Made by a program: the position numbers and the translations under genes
Shown here: positions 48,550-60,733 of the stretch, piece after piece
Layout of the letters: each line of letters begins with the position of its first letter
Position numbering within the stretch: position 1 is the stretch's first letter
The notes under the pieces: model-generated
Told to the model about the DNA's origin: nothing
Databases searched by the model: none
What the model saw: the letters and a program-made list of their open reading frames with translations, nothing else
NCBI GenBank assembly: GCA_002189035.1
Contig: NEEC01000027.1
Location: 372,001-436,000 of the forward strand
Reading direction: 5' to 3'
Length of the DNA: 64,000 bases
From: Utricularia gibba
Lineage: Eukaryota > Plantae > Magnoliophyta

Positions 48550-51500
48550 TCACTTCCGGGGAGAAGATGGTGCGTGGGAGTCGGGACGCCATTCCGATTT
48601 CTGGGCGCTGAGAATGCCTTCCTGATTCTGTGTAATGCTTAAGAAGACTTCCCAGTGAAGAGATTTCAAAAGCTCCTCGAGATCGTTTATCGCGCCGGAT
48701 TCATCTCGCGCGATGAGTTTCCCCCCGGGGCGGACAATTCTGTCGACTTCCGCCATTACTGCCCGGAGGTTGCACCTGCAGAAGAAGCAAGGGAAAAAGA
48801 AAAGAGTTGGTGAATTGGAATAAAATGGGGCGAAACAGCTACAGCTGCTACAACCTTTTCTGCAGCTTGGAGAAAAGATGGTCTGCGTGTAGAAGATCGT
48901 AGGTTCTGGGGTATGTGCTGAAGGATTCGCACCAGTCGTGGTAAATCCCAAAGAGCCCACGTTCGTAGATGATGGGAAGTGTATCCGGCGAGTCGACGTT
49001 CACCACATTCATAACCCAGATCTTGAGATCTTTCATCGCTGCAGCAAACCTGCAGAGAAGTTTTAGTGAGTAGCTTCGATTGTGATGAGTCTGTTATTTG
49101 AGGGCCTTAGTTCAGCTTACCCTCCATACACAGCTCTCATGTCCATGGCATTTCTCACATTTTTCCAGTTGATCCCTAATCCATTCATGTAAGATTTGCT
49201 AACCACATGTTTCCAGTGTTTGTAATCTGATGCAAAGTCATCAGGTGCTGGTTTCCCATATATTCCTTTCTGCGTTTTACTCAGCCAAAATGGCGGAGTG
49301 TGTAGCCTTTCCGGCCACTCCTCTGGCCACTGAGATCCCCTTTTGTTTTCTTGCATCGGCACCTTGTGCATACATGCCTGCAGAGGAACATACCTGAAGC
49401 AACAACAAACTGCAAGTCATCGCAATGCCACAATGAAGTAAACGGGAGTAGAGGGGAAGTCACCAAGCAGCATCAGGATCATCATCTTCTTTACACATTG
49501 GGGGTTGCTTTCGTTTCCGCTTGTTGTAGCAGTCGTTTGAATCGGGTTTCTGATAAATCGCAGCGCCGATGGAGTTCAGTTTGTCCTTCTTGATGGTCAC
49601 AAGCTCCCAACACATTGCCACCGTGAGATTCGACATTTCTACAAGAAAAGTTAACGAACTCTGAAGACAAGAGCTCTTCAGTGTAAAATGATAATCAAGA
49701 AACTGTCACCTTTCCAAATCTTCACATCTTCTTCAAGGTTCTGATAAACGGGAGTTGCTGACCAAATGAAGTACCCTCCGGGCCTGAGTACTCTGTTTAA
49801 CTCTAGAAGTAGCCTTCCTCCTTCACCATGTGTAAGAAAAATCAGAAGAAGCCAGTGAATTGTAAGAAACGTTACTTGAAAAAGCCGAGAGGGGTATTGG
49901 GAGAACCATCAGCGTGCCAGGGAACACGGCAACGAGCGCAGTGTACTGCTTCAAAAACTCCGCTAGGAAACGGCAGCCTCTGCGTGCCCATCACAGCTGA
50001 TATGGCGGGAATTCCCCTTTCCAGAGCGAATTGAACCTGAGCTTCATGCTCGTCTTTTGGCGCAAAAGACAGGGTGATTACATCTCTATCGAAGAGGTAG
50101 CCACCAAAACTAGCGACTCCACACCCCACATCAAGTACCACTCTGGTGTGCTTTCCCCATGCTATGTCTGGAAGTGCCTGAGTAACACATTCACCAGATA
50201 AGAAAAAAAGTATCCATTTTTGTACAGTTGTGGAGTTCTTCACGGTTTACCTGTTGAATGAAGTCAATGTAATGAAGGGCTCCATGGATGAACTGAGTTC
50301 CACCGCCGGGAAAAGTGAGGTACTCCCCTGAAACCTTCACCCAATTCTGGTGACCTTTTACTTCAGCCAGCAATGTATGTGGGACGTTACTGTACCATAT
50401 CTGATATGACGACGACGCAAACATAAAGGCGCAACCTTTGCAGTAGCGATACCGCAGGCATTATTCACACAGTTTTAAAATATGTTACCTGATCTCTGCT
50501 TTTTGGCCAGGGAACCGGCTTCTTATAGCCTGCCGGCAAAGGAACAAGGCAAGTAGGAGGATTCTTAGGACAATGGCGTTCGCGATGCTCGTAATGCATT
50601 CGGCTTTGGAGTTTCGCGATATCTTTCTCGTTGTCCAGACATGGGATGAAATCTGCACCCGCAGTTTCATTACAGAGCAGCCACGAATAGCCCGTGTTTT
50701 TTGTCACTGTCTCTTGCGGCGCTGCCATTCGCCGCTCCTTCTCGTTCTCAGACTGGTGGGCTTGAGTGTTCCAAGTCTTCTTCGATTCCACTGATTCTTT
50801 GGGTATCTCTGCATTTGGAAATGCAGAGGCTTCCTCGTTCGACTCTTTTTTTGGTGTTTGTTCAGTTTCTGCAAGATTCCCTTTTCTCCTTTTCTCGTCC
50901 ACTGAATCCTGAGTGATTTCTTGTGGATCTGTTTGTTGGATGGGTTCTTCTTTCTCTTGGGAACCGATGTTTTCTCCAGTTGAATCCGTGAGGGCATCAT
51001 CGTGCTGGATTTGTTCAGCGCTTGTTGCTCCATGAGGGTCCTCACGGATCTGCTCATTCTCTTTCTTTTGCTGGATTTCGATCCTTTTTTGCTGATCTTC
51101 ATCGGAAATCAAATGCTCTGATTCTGAATTGTCGGAGCCTTTTTCTACCCCCACTTCTTGTTCTTTCTCTTGTTTCTTCTGGTCTACCTCCTGTTCCTGA
51201 CTAACTGTACTTTCCTCAGCGGTCTGTGTTTCGAGAGCCAATTGTTTCTCGTGTTCATCCCCAGATTCGGCAGCTCCTTGCAATTTCTCGGTCGCCGCGT
51301 CGGATTCGAGGGCGCCGTTCCCCTGATCTAGCTTCTCCTCCGTCGTAACCACATTGTCCCGAGACTCCGCCACCTCATTCTGCTTCTCCGGCGGCTTTTC
51401 TTGCTTCTCCACCTTCTCAATTGAAGCTTCTCCGCCCAAGGACGCACCGGACGCCTCATCTTTCTCGGCGTCAGTGTCCGCAGATTTCGTGGTCCCGCCG

Positions 51501-51745
51501 TGAAGCTCCTCTAGCGCATCTTCGTGAACCGGGTGGGGTTCTGTCATGGAGCTGGCGCCCCCAGAATCCATCATCTCCGGAGATTCCGTGGCCGTCCGAT
51601 AGGGCAACTGCAGGGGAGCAAAGGGGTTGGAGGTCAGGAGCCAAACCACCAAACCCGAGAGTGCCAGGAATATCATCATAATGGTCGTCGCCGAGAGAGT
51701 GCCCCCGGCGCCGGTCCGCCTGCTGCGAGATTTTCCGGTGGCCAT
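48550..51745 (-). CDS. Probable pectin methyltransferase (DUF248/PMT, PMT27-like), type II Golgi membrane protein, 8 exons
   Basis: N-terminal anchor, long acidic stem, [42 protein letters not shown] and [15 protein letters not shown]. Frame is intact. Confidence 0.93.
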
Positions 51746-52311
51746 CACGAACTCCGTTGGTGGAAAGACAAACAAGGAGACAAGAGCAATGGAAGAAGGC
51801 CGGCATCCATAGTCTGGCCCAGATCCACCACCGTAGGAGAAGGCGTCCGTTACGCCCTTTGCATGCAAAAATTTAAAATCGCCTACCTCCTCACTCACTC
51901 CGTACCCCCCTCCCTGATTACGTTGCACCACGTGGTCAAAGTCAAACAACCATCTCCATATTGGGCTTATCCCGGGCCCACCGGACCTTCCAGTTTGGAA
52001 AAAAAGGGACACCTGTGGAATGACTAAGAAGCCCGTACCTCATTACGGCCCAAGAAAGGCTACATAATCGGGAATTTATAATTAATTATTGACTCGTTTT
52101 GTTTAATTTTTCATAGTTTTGCGATACGCAGTCATGCACATTACTTAGTTTTAATTTTATTAGATTCTATGATATTAATTATTGATTTTTAATATAAATA
52201 ATTAATAATATTCTTGTGGCGAATTTCCATGTTACCCCCCTGCTCACCTTCCTATTCACCTGCAAACCTCACACATGCTGGATCGCTCGTTCGTACGGAA
52301 GAGACGGGGCG

Positions 52312-54362
52312 TCAGGTGTCGAGGATTCGCTTGCTTCGGGCGTAGCAATGTATCCCCGCGTAGATGGCGATGGCTATCACTCCACCCATGATGTTCGCCT
52401 ACACAGAATATGGCACCAGGTGATCAAATGGGAGGAGGAGGAGGAGGAGGAATGATCTGAAAGATGATGAACTGCTGTGTGTTCTCACTCACCCATTTAA
52501 ACAGGTTCCCGTGCCCACTGTTCCATGGGTAAGGGATCATCATTCCAAGAATCGCAGCCATTAAGTTGTAGACGGATAGGGCGAAATGCCCAGAGTTGAG
52601 CAGCAGATCCACCTGCATGCCAAACAACATACGGATTGAGGGTGCGGTGCAGGTGCTCTCCGCTCCCACAGATAGTGAATCAGAGGCTTCACCTTGATCA
52701 GCTGGTTTCGGAGATTATCGAGCTGATGGGAAATGGTCAGTCCACCAAACAGACATGATGTGAGATTGGGATCATGATGCCTGGGAAGGAAATGTTTCAA
52801 GCATTTGATTCACCTGGATGTTGAGGTAGTCTTCCGTGCTTTCGATGTATTCATGCAGCTGTCCGATGCGAGGAGAGATCAGAGCCAAGTTTTTAAGGTT
52901 AAAAAGATCCCCTTCCGTGTGCCAGTGCTACATACCATGGACAATTTGTCGAATGTTTCATCCATATTGGAATAGTAGGCCTGCAAGAAAATGTTCATCA
53001 TGCATGGCGCTTCACCGACCATAATGTTGTATTTCTGAAATTCGTACCTCAAGTAGCATTTCCAATTCTAAAACTTCGTTGTCTTTCTCATGATCTTTTG
53101 CACTACCGGCTTCACGAATCTCGTTACCTGAGGTGGATGATGATGGGGTGCGGAGACCAGTGGCTGCTGCATCTGAGATGTTGTCCATCGTTGCTGCTGG
53201 TCTAGCAAGCTTTCTGGACAAGTAGAGGTTAACCATATCCTCTTCATCGTCCAAAAGCTTTTCCAGCTCATCTTGCACCTTGGTAAAACCAAGCAAACGC
53301 AATTGTGATTCAACTTTTCACTTAAAGCGTGGAGAAAGTGATGATGATCAATCAACCACCTTGTGGACTCGAGCAGTCAGTCTCGTCATTTGGCTCTTCA
53401 GCTTTCGCACATGCTCTAAATTCCTGGCGCTGATCTTCATGAGAACCAAAGGCAGTACAACTCAGAAATCAAAGAAGCAAGGGCACTGGTAGATTGCTCC
53501 TACGAGGGGATGATTCATCACCTTGGAGGTGAGAAGGTCCAGCGCGGGGTAAACGTCGTTCTCCAATTCAGTTGTGCGCGCTGAAAGATAGCTGCATATG
53601 GCTTCCAACACTGTATCAAGGACATGGATCTCGAAAGGATGATCTGCAAAACCTATCGCTATAAAGGTCTGAGCAATCGACGTGCTAAACAGGAAAAGAG
53701 GTTAAAAATCACCATCTTCCTCGAAGTCCTGGTTTGGTGAAGATGCCTTGCTCGTGGAAACTAATCGCCTCCTTAGCTCTGCAACCACAGGCGCTATACT
53801 TTCATCAGGCTGATTCCGTATCAAAACCTAACCAGTAAAGATTTTCAGTATGAGAAGCTTGCTGTTATGTGATGACAGGAGGCAATCTCTGAGAAATGAA
53901 TTTCAATTTCCAGGACACTCACCTCCTCAGCCGTGATGATCGCCTTGATATGCTACAAAAAGCAGAACACACAAGCAGCACAAGAGAAGGACTCAAGGAA
54001 GTTGGTTATCAAGAATACAAGTCAAAACTGAAAATCATAGAAGATGGAGTCTGAACTTCTAAACCGGAACTAGAAGATGAAGAGCATTCACTTACTTCTA
54101 AATTGAGAACAATAGCCTTTTCACGGCCGAATATGGCAGCAGGGTAACCCAAGATCGGGTCGATAATGCGTAGATCACGAGCGTTGATCTGAGTACGCTG
54201 CATGACTTCATATTTGTCGATGTTCACAGTAGATTCCTGGCCACAAGAATCCACCAAAATCCAGCTCCCTAAACCAGTCGTCTTCTTCTCCGTCTCTGCA
54301 CTACCAGCGATCACCGGAGACTCAGCTGGACGCACGGTTGCCCCTCCGCGGTTTCTCATCAT
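52312..54362 (-). CDS. MRS2: MRS2/MGT (CorA-family) magnesium transporter homolog, 11 exons, signature GMN replaced by GMM
   Basis: Spliced: ARDLRIIDP...[10 protein letters not shown]|[10 protein letters not shown]|...[10 protein letters not shown]|[21 protein letters not shown]|...ELEMLLE|AY...|EDYLNIQ|LDNLRNQLI|...[11 protein letters not shown]...|...RILDT*. All junctions are GT-AG and in frame. Confidence 0.9.
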
Positions 54363-55448
54363 CAACAAAAACATTACTTTACAACAGAAATCAACCACTT
54401 TCCTGATAAAGAAATCCTGGCCATGTAGCTGAAATGTTGTATGTATCATCATCTTGCAAATTGCTTCTAGAAAAGAACATAGGGCATTTCTCTGCGAAGT
54501 CGAAGATGTAATTATCCAACCCAAAGAACACTGCTATCAACCAAGGAAATGATTACAGCAAACCCATAGTATCAGCACATGCTCGTACAATGAATCCGTG
54601 CAGTCATAGACCCGGGGAAGCTGTAGCTAGTTGACAGCTCCCCCCCTCTCAACCTCCTCACTGCTGTTTTTTTATGTATATTCAAGTATACAAGCACGTT
54701 GACTAAGCCTAAGAATGCTTATTCCCTCAATTCATATTATACTTCAACAAACATGGTGGGGGCCTCTTTTCCCTTCGAGTAGAAAGAAAAAGATTCCATC
54801 TTTTCATCAGACTACAACCCTGTACAGGAGGGCAGCTCCTTCCAGTTAGTTGAAAAACATTTTCGATCATGTCCAGCACCTGCAAAACATGCAAATCACA
54901 TCAACTTCAGATATATATATTTTTTTTATTCCAGACATGTCCAGAGCGAATGCCACAACAAGATTCCAAAAGACATGATATGATCAGTTTACGGAAATTG
55001 GGAAGGGGATATCATCACCTCCCACGTCAAAAGACATGAACCTAGAAAGTGTGCATAGCTTCCATAAGTTGACTAGAAACAGGAAAAATCAAAATCACCG
55101 TTTCATAAATAATGTAATTGCCTGCCATAAGGTACTGGACTGAAATTTACGACACCTGATTTACATTACTCGAAATACATGATCTCGGTGGTATTTTCGC
55201 ATGCTTTGTGTTTTGATAAATTTACAACAAAGTAAGAGAATAAGCACACCCCGTTTCTACCCAAGTCAACTGACAGCATAAGACAAATTTAATTAATATC
55301 TACGTCCCAACTTGATGCAGGAAGAGTAATGGCACACGGCATAGAGTTATGCCTGGCTTTTTAAACATATAATGTTCTTTTTTCCGTAAATCATTACCTG
55401 CAGGTTTTACACAGAAGCTGAAGAAAAAGTGGCCCGGATTCAGTAGCC

Positions 55449-58400
55449 TCAGTATTCCCCTGAGTTGAACTTGTTCCAAGCTTCCTGAAACACAAGGAAC
55501 ACATGATGCGAATGACGCATGCGCATATGATGGTTGAAAAATAGATCAAGAAGCCCGGGCGATGAACATACTTTTAGAAGATCAAAAACCTTCTCACAAA
55601 TATACTTCTGCTGTACTGTCGCACCCCGTTGCTGTAACTTGTCAGGATGGACACAAAGAGTGGCTTTTCTGTAGGCCTTTTTTACGGCCGCAGGAGTGAC
55701 AACTTCAGTTAACGGAATTGGATGCCAACCGCTTTCAGGCCCAAGAATCTGCAAACAATCATCCAACACCGTAAGGCATATGAGATGTTGGAGAGTCAGC
55801 GAATTAGAAACATACGTATTGCAGAGTCGATAGCAATGCCCGGAGGTTTCCTTCTTTTCCATTCGACCATCTCTTGACCTCAGCATCTAACCCTACTGCA
55901 ACTTTCTGTAGAAGCGTTAAGCATGAGATATGTGCGATCGTGAACAGTACATAAAATTTGATAAAAGAACATGTGGGCCTACACTCCTCTCCTCCTTCTC
56001 TGTTTGGACAAGGAGATCACGCCTGTTTTTCTCAGCCAATGCATTCGCCTGACAAAACTAATCTATTACAGCAGTTGATGAATAATCATAAGAAATGACA
56101 ACACGAGCAAAATACTGTGCATACCACTCTCTCTTCTGTTCTTCGGTATCTCTCCAGCCGAGCTTTACATCGCTGAAATGATTCACCATTAGCTCCTACA
56201 GTGAACTAACATCTCAGTACCATAGACCGCATAAGTCATGAAAATAAGTTCCAAGTGCTACATCGAACTCTTCTAAAGTAATGATGTAGGGAGATGAAGT
56301 TAAATTCCCTACAAATCAATAATCACATGCAGAGTACATCATATGGAACTACATACAACTCCTGTATGATGCCAGATAACTAACCGTCATGCTCAGAAGA
56401 AAATCCCCAGGCGCCAGCGCTGTGGAAGTGCAGGTCCTATAAGGTGACAAGAACAGGATGAAAAAAACATCTAAAATGTCAGTCAATGAGCACTAGAAGA
56501 CAGGCGAAGCAAACTTACGGATGGCAAAGAGCTATATCCGGAATCCCCACATTTGACAGAAGCAGAACGCCTATCAGCGAAAGATTTATCCATATGACCC
56601 TTGGAATCTGAAGCGTTTTCAGAAAATGATCTTTCTGAAACCCATTGCCAAGCCCCATTATTTGCTCTCTCCACAGCCACATGGTCAGGCTTGGCTCTGG
56701 CCTCTACAGATGATTTATCTACTCCCACTCGACCAGTTGAGGATCTGTCTTTCATTTCAGCATTAGCCCTTTCCAATGCCACCCTTTCAAGAGATTCGGA
56801 ATATGGTCTTGCACGAGCTTCCAGAGCTGCCATACTGACTCCCATCCGATCCTTTTCCCTTTCCCTCTGGCGTTCCATGTCTTCTTCCATCTTCCTCTTA
56901 TAATCACTTATCAACTCTGACTCACCAACTACTGTTGCTACTGAATCAAAGCCCCCTGCTAGGACACTATTTCTAATATTTTTGTGTTTTCTTTCACTGC
57001 TTTGGTCCATAGCAATTGTAGTTAGAATTTCTGCGGCATTGCTGTTCTCAGGCACGGGTGGAGCATTGTAAACATTCTTTCCACTTTCTTGATACTCCTT
57101 CATCACTACATGTGGAGCAGGACTCTTTCTGATATCAATACTGCTAGTAAGTTTGTCACCCTTCATCTCTCGGCAATCATTGTCTTTGGGGGAAAAAATC
57201 TTCTGCTGCTCAGTAATAATGCTTGTTGAGAATGACTGGTCCTTCAGAATATTTGAATCCACCACCATACTACCACAAACACTTATATGCCGTTCCAGCA
57301 AAAAATTGGATTCTAAATTTTTTCTTGCTATCCGGTAAGATTCATAATTTTGTGGTTTGCCATCCTTTTGTAAGGACACCATATACTCCTTAGCCATAAC
57401 ATCTTGCACCATATTCAAATCCGTATTTGCTTCTTGTGTGGGAGTAGCGATAGATTTGTGAACTTCTATCCCCTGTAAAGAGTTTTGAATTGCTCCAGTT
57501 TCCTCTAGATTTTGTACTCGAAAATCTGCACTTAACTTCAAAGTTTCTTTTGCCTCAAAAAACTCTGTTTGGTCACCCTTTGATTTCCAGGGATCTCCAG
57601 TATGATCAATAAACTCCGCGTTTTCAAGAACTGCTCTCTGTGTTTCATACTTTGCTGCCTGTTCAAGGGTCTCGCCAATATCCGACTCACTTTCTTTCTT
57701 CTCACTGGAGGGAGCAAGCCTCCCCATTGAGTGGCCACGTGGTGCTACTTCTGTCCCGCTGTTTTCGTGTCCCATGGTTATATGTGGCATATGCTGACCA
57801 TAATCAAGGGTTGAAGTGTTCCCTTCCAGCTTATTATGCTGGATTTGTTTGTTTCTGGCTTCCTTCAAAGAAACGACTCCTTCGGCTTGCTCATTTTTTC
57901 GAAGTTCGTCACCTCTATCTACTTTAAAAGACTTCCTTTTCTCTACAACTCTAGGTTCTATCTGACATTCTTCCCTTTGAAGATGTGTGTCACTTATCCA
58001 ACTGATTAATCCTTCCCAAACATTAACTCCCAAATCCTTGTCAACCCCTGAAAGCGCCCCAACTGCTTCATCCCCTGACATTTCCACCTTCACACTTTTT
58101 CCAAATGTATGGGATTTTCCTCGAGTAAGCTCCTTCGGAATTTCTTCACTGGACGGTTGGTCTTGCTTTAGGTTCCGGAACCCATTCTCACCAATGGAAC
58201 AAGTGCTTGGGGTCCTCTTCGGTGGATTATATCCGGGCAGATTCCTTTCAGCATTGTATCTTGGAGTTTCCTTCGTCAACTTAAAATCCTTATACTCTTG
58301 CCTTCCTCCAAATTCCCAAGCCTCTTCTCCCTTCTGATGCAGGTAAGCATCCTCAGGGTGAGATGCATCATAATCCCCAACAGCATTGGCCGGATGCTTC

Positions 58401-59873
58401 CACACCTTCTTCTCAGTGACCTCAAAATATTCTTCCATTTCCCGCCATGTAGCATAATTTGTGGAGTTCTGAATATTTTGCTTATGGTAGCACATGGCTT
58501 CCGCAGTGCACTTCCTCAAACTGTGCTCATCTTCAGCAAATGGCCTGGATACAACGCCTTCTGGTGCACGTGAATGAAGAAACTCTTCGTCCTCAAAAAA
58601 GTCAACTATGGCAGGACTGATGCTTTTCAGACGCGTTTGAACATTGCAAGCCACTAAGTCCTTCCCTTCACGTGAGCCTAGTGTGTCAGCATGCACCACT
58701 TTCACAAACTTATTCTCTCTTTTCTTACCAGATTCGTCTACTTCAACATCCAAAAATACCAGGTCATCGCCACCACTCATGTCAATGGCAGCATCAGATG
58801 TTTTCCTTTGTGATCTGTGCATCATGCTCTCACATTTCGTAACCGTAAACCCAGGTGGAGCTCTTGAAGGGGGAGGCACCCTTGAAGGCTTAGTTTGAAG
58901 AGAGATATCAGTTAGAGTAAAAAATGGTTGCTTCGTCATAGAATTAGGATTTCCTAGCTTCTCCCATGATTGGGAATCAATTTCCCATCTCTCAGAACCG
59001 GAGCAATGCATGTGATTATGCTTTAGTCTTCCAGAGGGTTCACTTTCACGGCATCTAATACCAGGAGCCGTAGACAGTGGGCAAGGCTGGTATTCCTCGG
59101 TGGAAGAAATTGAACCAGTGTTATAAGCCAAACCATATCCAGGATCATGTATATTAGCAATATGACTAGTGTTGCTGCAAACCAACTCCTTGTGTCTCCC
59201 GCTGGGGCTGCTCTGAGATGCGCTTAACTGCACAGCTGCTCTACCTGTTAGCTGACAAGGATCACCATTTGGTAACCTATTACTCTTACCTGATCTACCG
59301 AGTGGATCTAGTTCTTCAGAAATCGACCATCTTTGCACAGAAGTCCTATTAAAGGATAAGGTATTGTTAATCCCTAAAACCAAAATGACACCAAGAAAAA
59401 AAAAAACCAAGATGATGAAACATAAATACTCATGCCACTCCACATTGCGTCAAGTGATGAGTGCAGACCCATCTGAAACTCTTCCAACTCCTATGCACAA
59501 TGAAGAAGCCCATCGGAAAAGTAAAAACAAAAAAAGAATGGACTTACGATGAGCCTTTGTAGTGGAAGACATCTTGGAACGAAGCCGTAAAAGCAGAACC
59601 TCCGACTTTCCCAAAAACCTCGGCGTAGTCGGGATTGGGGCCCCGTGCGTCGAAATGGAGCCCCGAATCCCCTGCCAGAACCGGAATGTGAAGCACAGGA
59701 ATAGAAGAAGAACGCGAGGCGTGAAAACCACCAAAGATCTCGGAATAGTCCTCGCGGCGGGGGGCCTGTACCGGAATGCTGATCTTTTTGCGACTACCGA
59801 AAACGTCGTCGTAATGAGACTTCTGAGAGTTCGCAGAAACGCTCCTCTTCGTAACCGACCGAGAGACCTCCAT
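55449..59873 (-). CDS. Auxilin-like protein (AUL1-like) with C-terminal J domain, 8 exons
   Basis: N-terminal YDDVFG...[16 protein letters not shown] motif, large exon 59330-56519, and C-terminal [13 protein letters not shown]|ILG...[12 protein letters not shown]...EAWNKFN. Confidence 0.9.
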
Positions 59874-60733
59874 TCCGCCCCACTCGTTCCTCCTCCTCGC
59901 CGCTCGCAGAAAGGCGGAGCGCAGCGCTCCGAGATCGAGTACTCCCAACAGCACAAAAAGAAGGCTGTTAGGAGCTTTGTAGAGGAGGGACTGACACAGC
60001 GCAAGGGCAAAACAGGGAAATAACGGTTACGGTTTGAGGGAATGACAGCTCACGTGGGCCCCACATGGATTTTCCATCCCGTTATTACCTGGATACCCCT
60101 TGTCCGCCAATGGAATCATTTTGTCGCCGGAGCCGTGGAATCACTTTTGACCGGATTCGTAACTTTAACGGCCGCCATCACCGGGAAGCATTAAGAGATG
60201 ATGGGGCCGAGCCGAGGCGTTAACCATGAGAGTTAAGTGCGGTCTAAGAAAACCGATTAGCTCCAAAGCGGAAGCGCATGGTCAAAGGGTACGTGCCTCT
60301 TGCCATGATTGCCATTTATTGTTTATTCAGTAATCATCCATTACTGGAAGAATTAAGAAGAGGACCCCCAGCCCCCCCTCCCCCTTTTCTGGGCTGCTGC
60401 AGTAGACACGCCTCGGACCAAAAGTCAGAAGAGCATTTGGTGACAATAACACTACAGTTGGAGAATTGTGGAAGGGAAGCATGTGAAGCGTTTATTGGGT
60501 TGTGTGAGTGATGTGTTGGGAAGTGCTGAGTGAGGTTAAGATGGAAAACTCAAAATAGATTTCGTCATATTGCCTACTTTTGGTGGTTCATTTTCAACCA
60601 TCAGTTGTTGAAATGGGAAATGCTGCTGAAAGACTAATAATATTAAAGACAAAACAGGGTGCAGTCGCAACAAATCAGTAGTACCAAGTGTTCATGCACA
60701 TCACAAACGATAGCATGTCCGGAACAAGTCTGT

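Noticed and set aside
51746-52012. Upstream in-frame extensions given by the ORF track for PMT (also MRS2 to 54524, EDR4-like to 3568, auxilin-like to 59954)
   Set aside because: The added residues have no family similarity, and family N-termini match the downstream ATGs I used.
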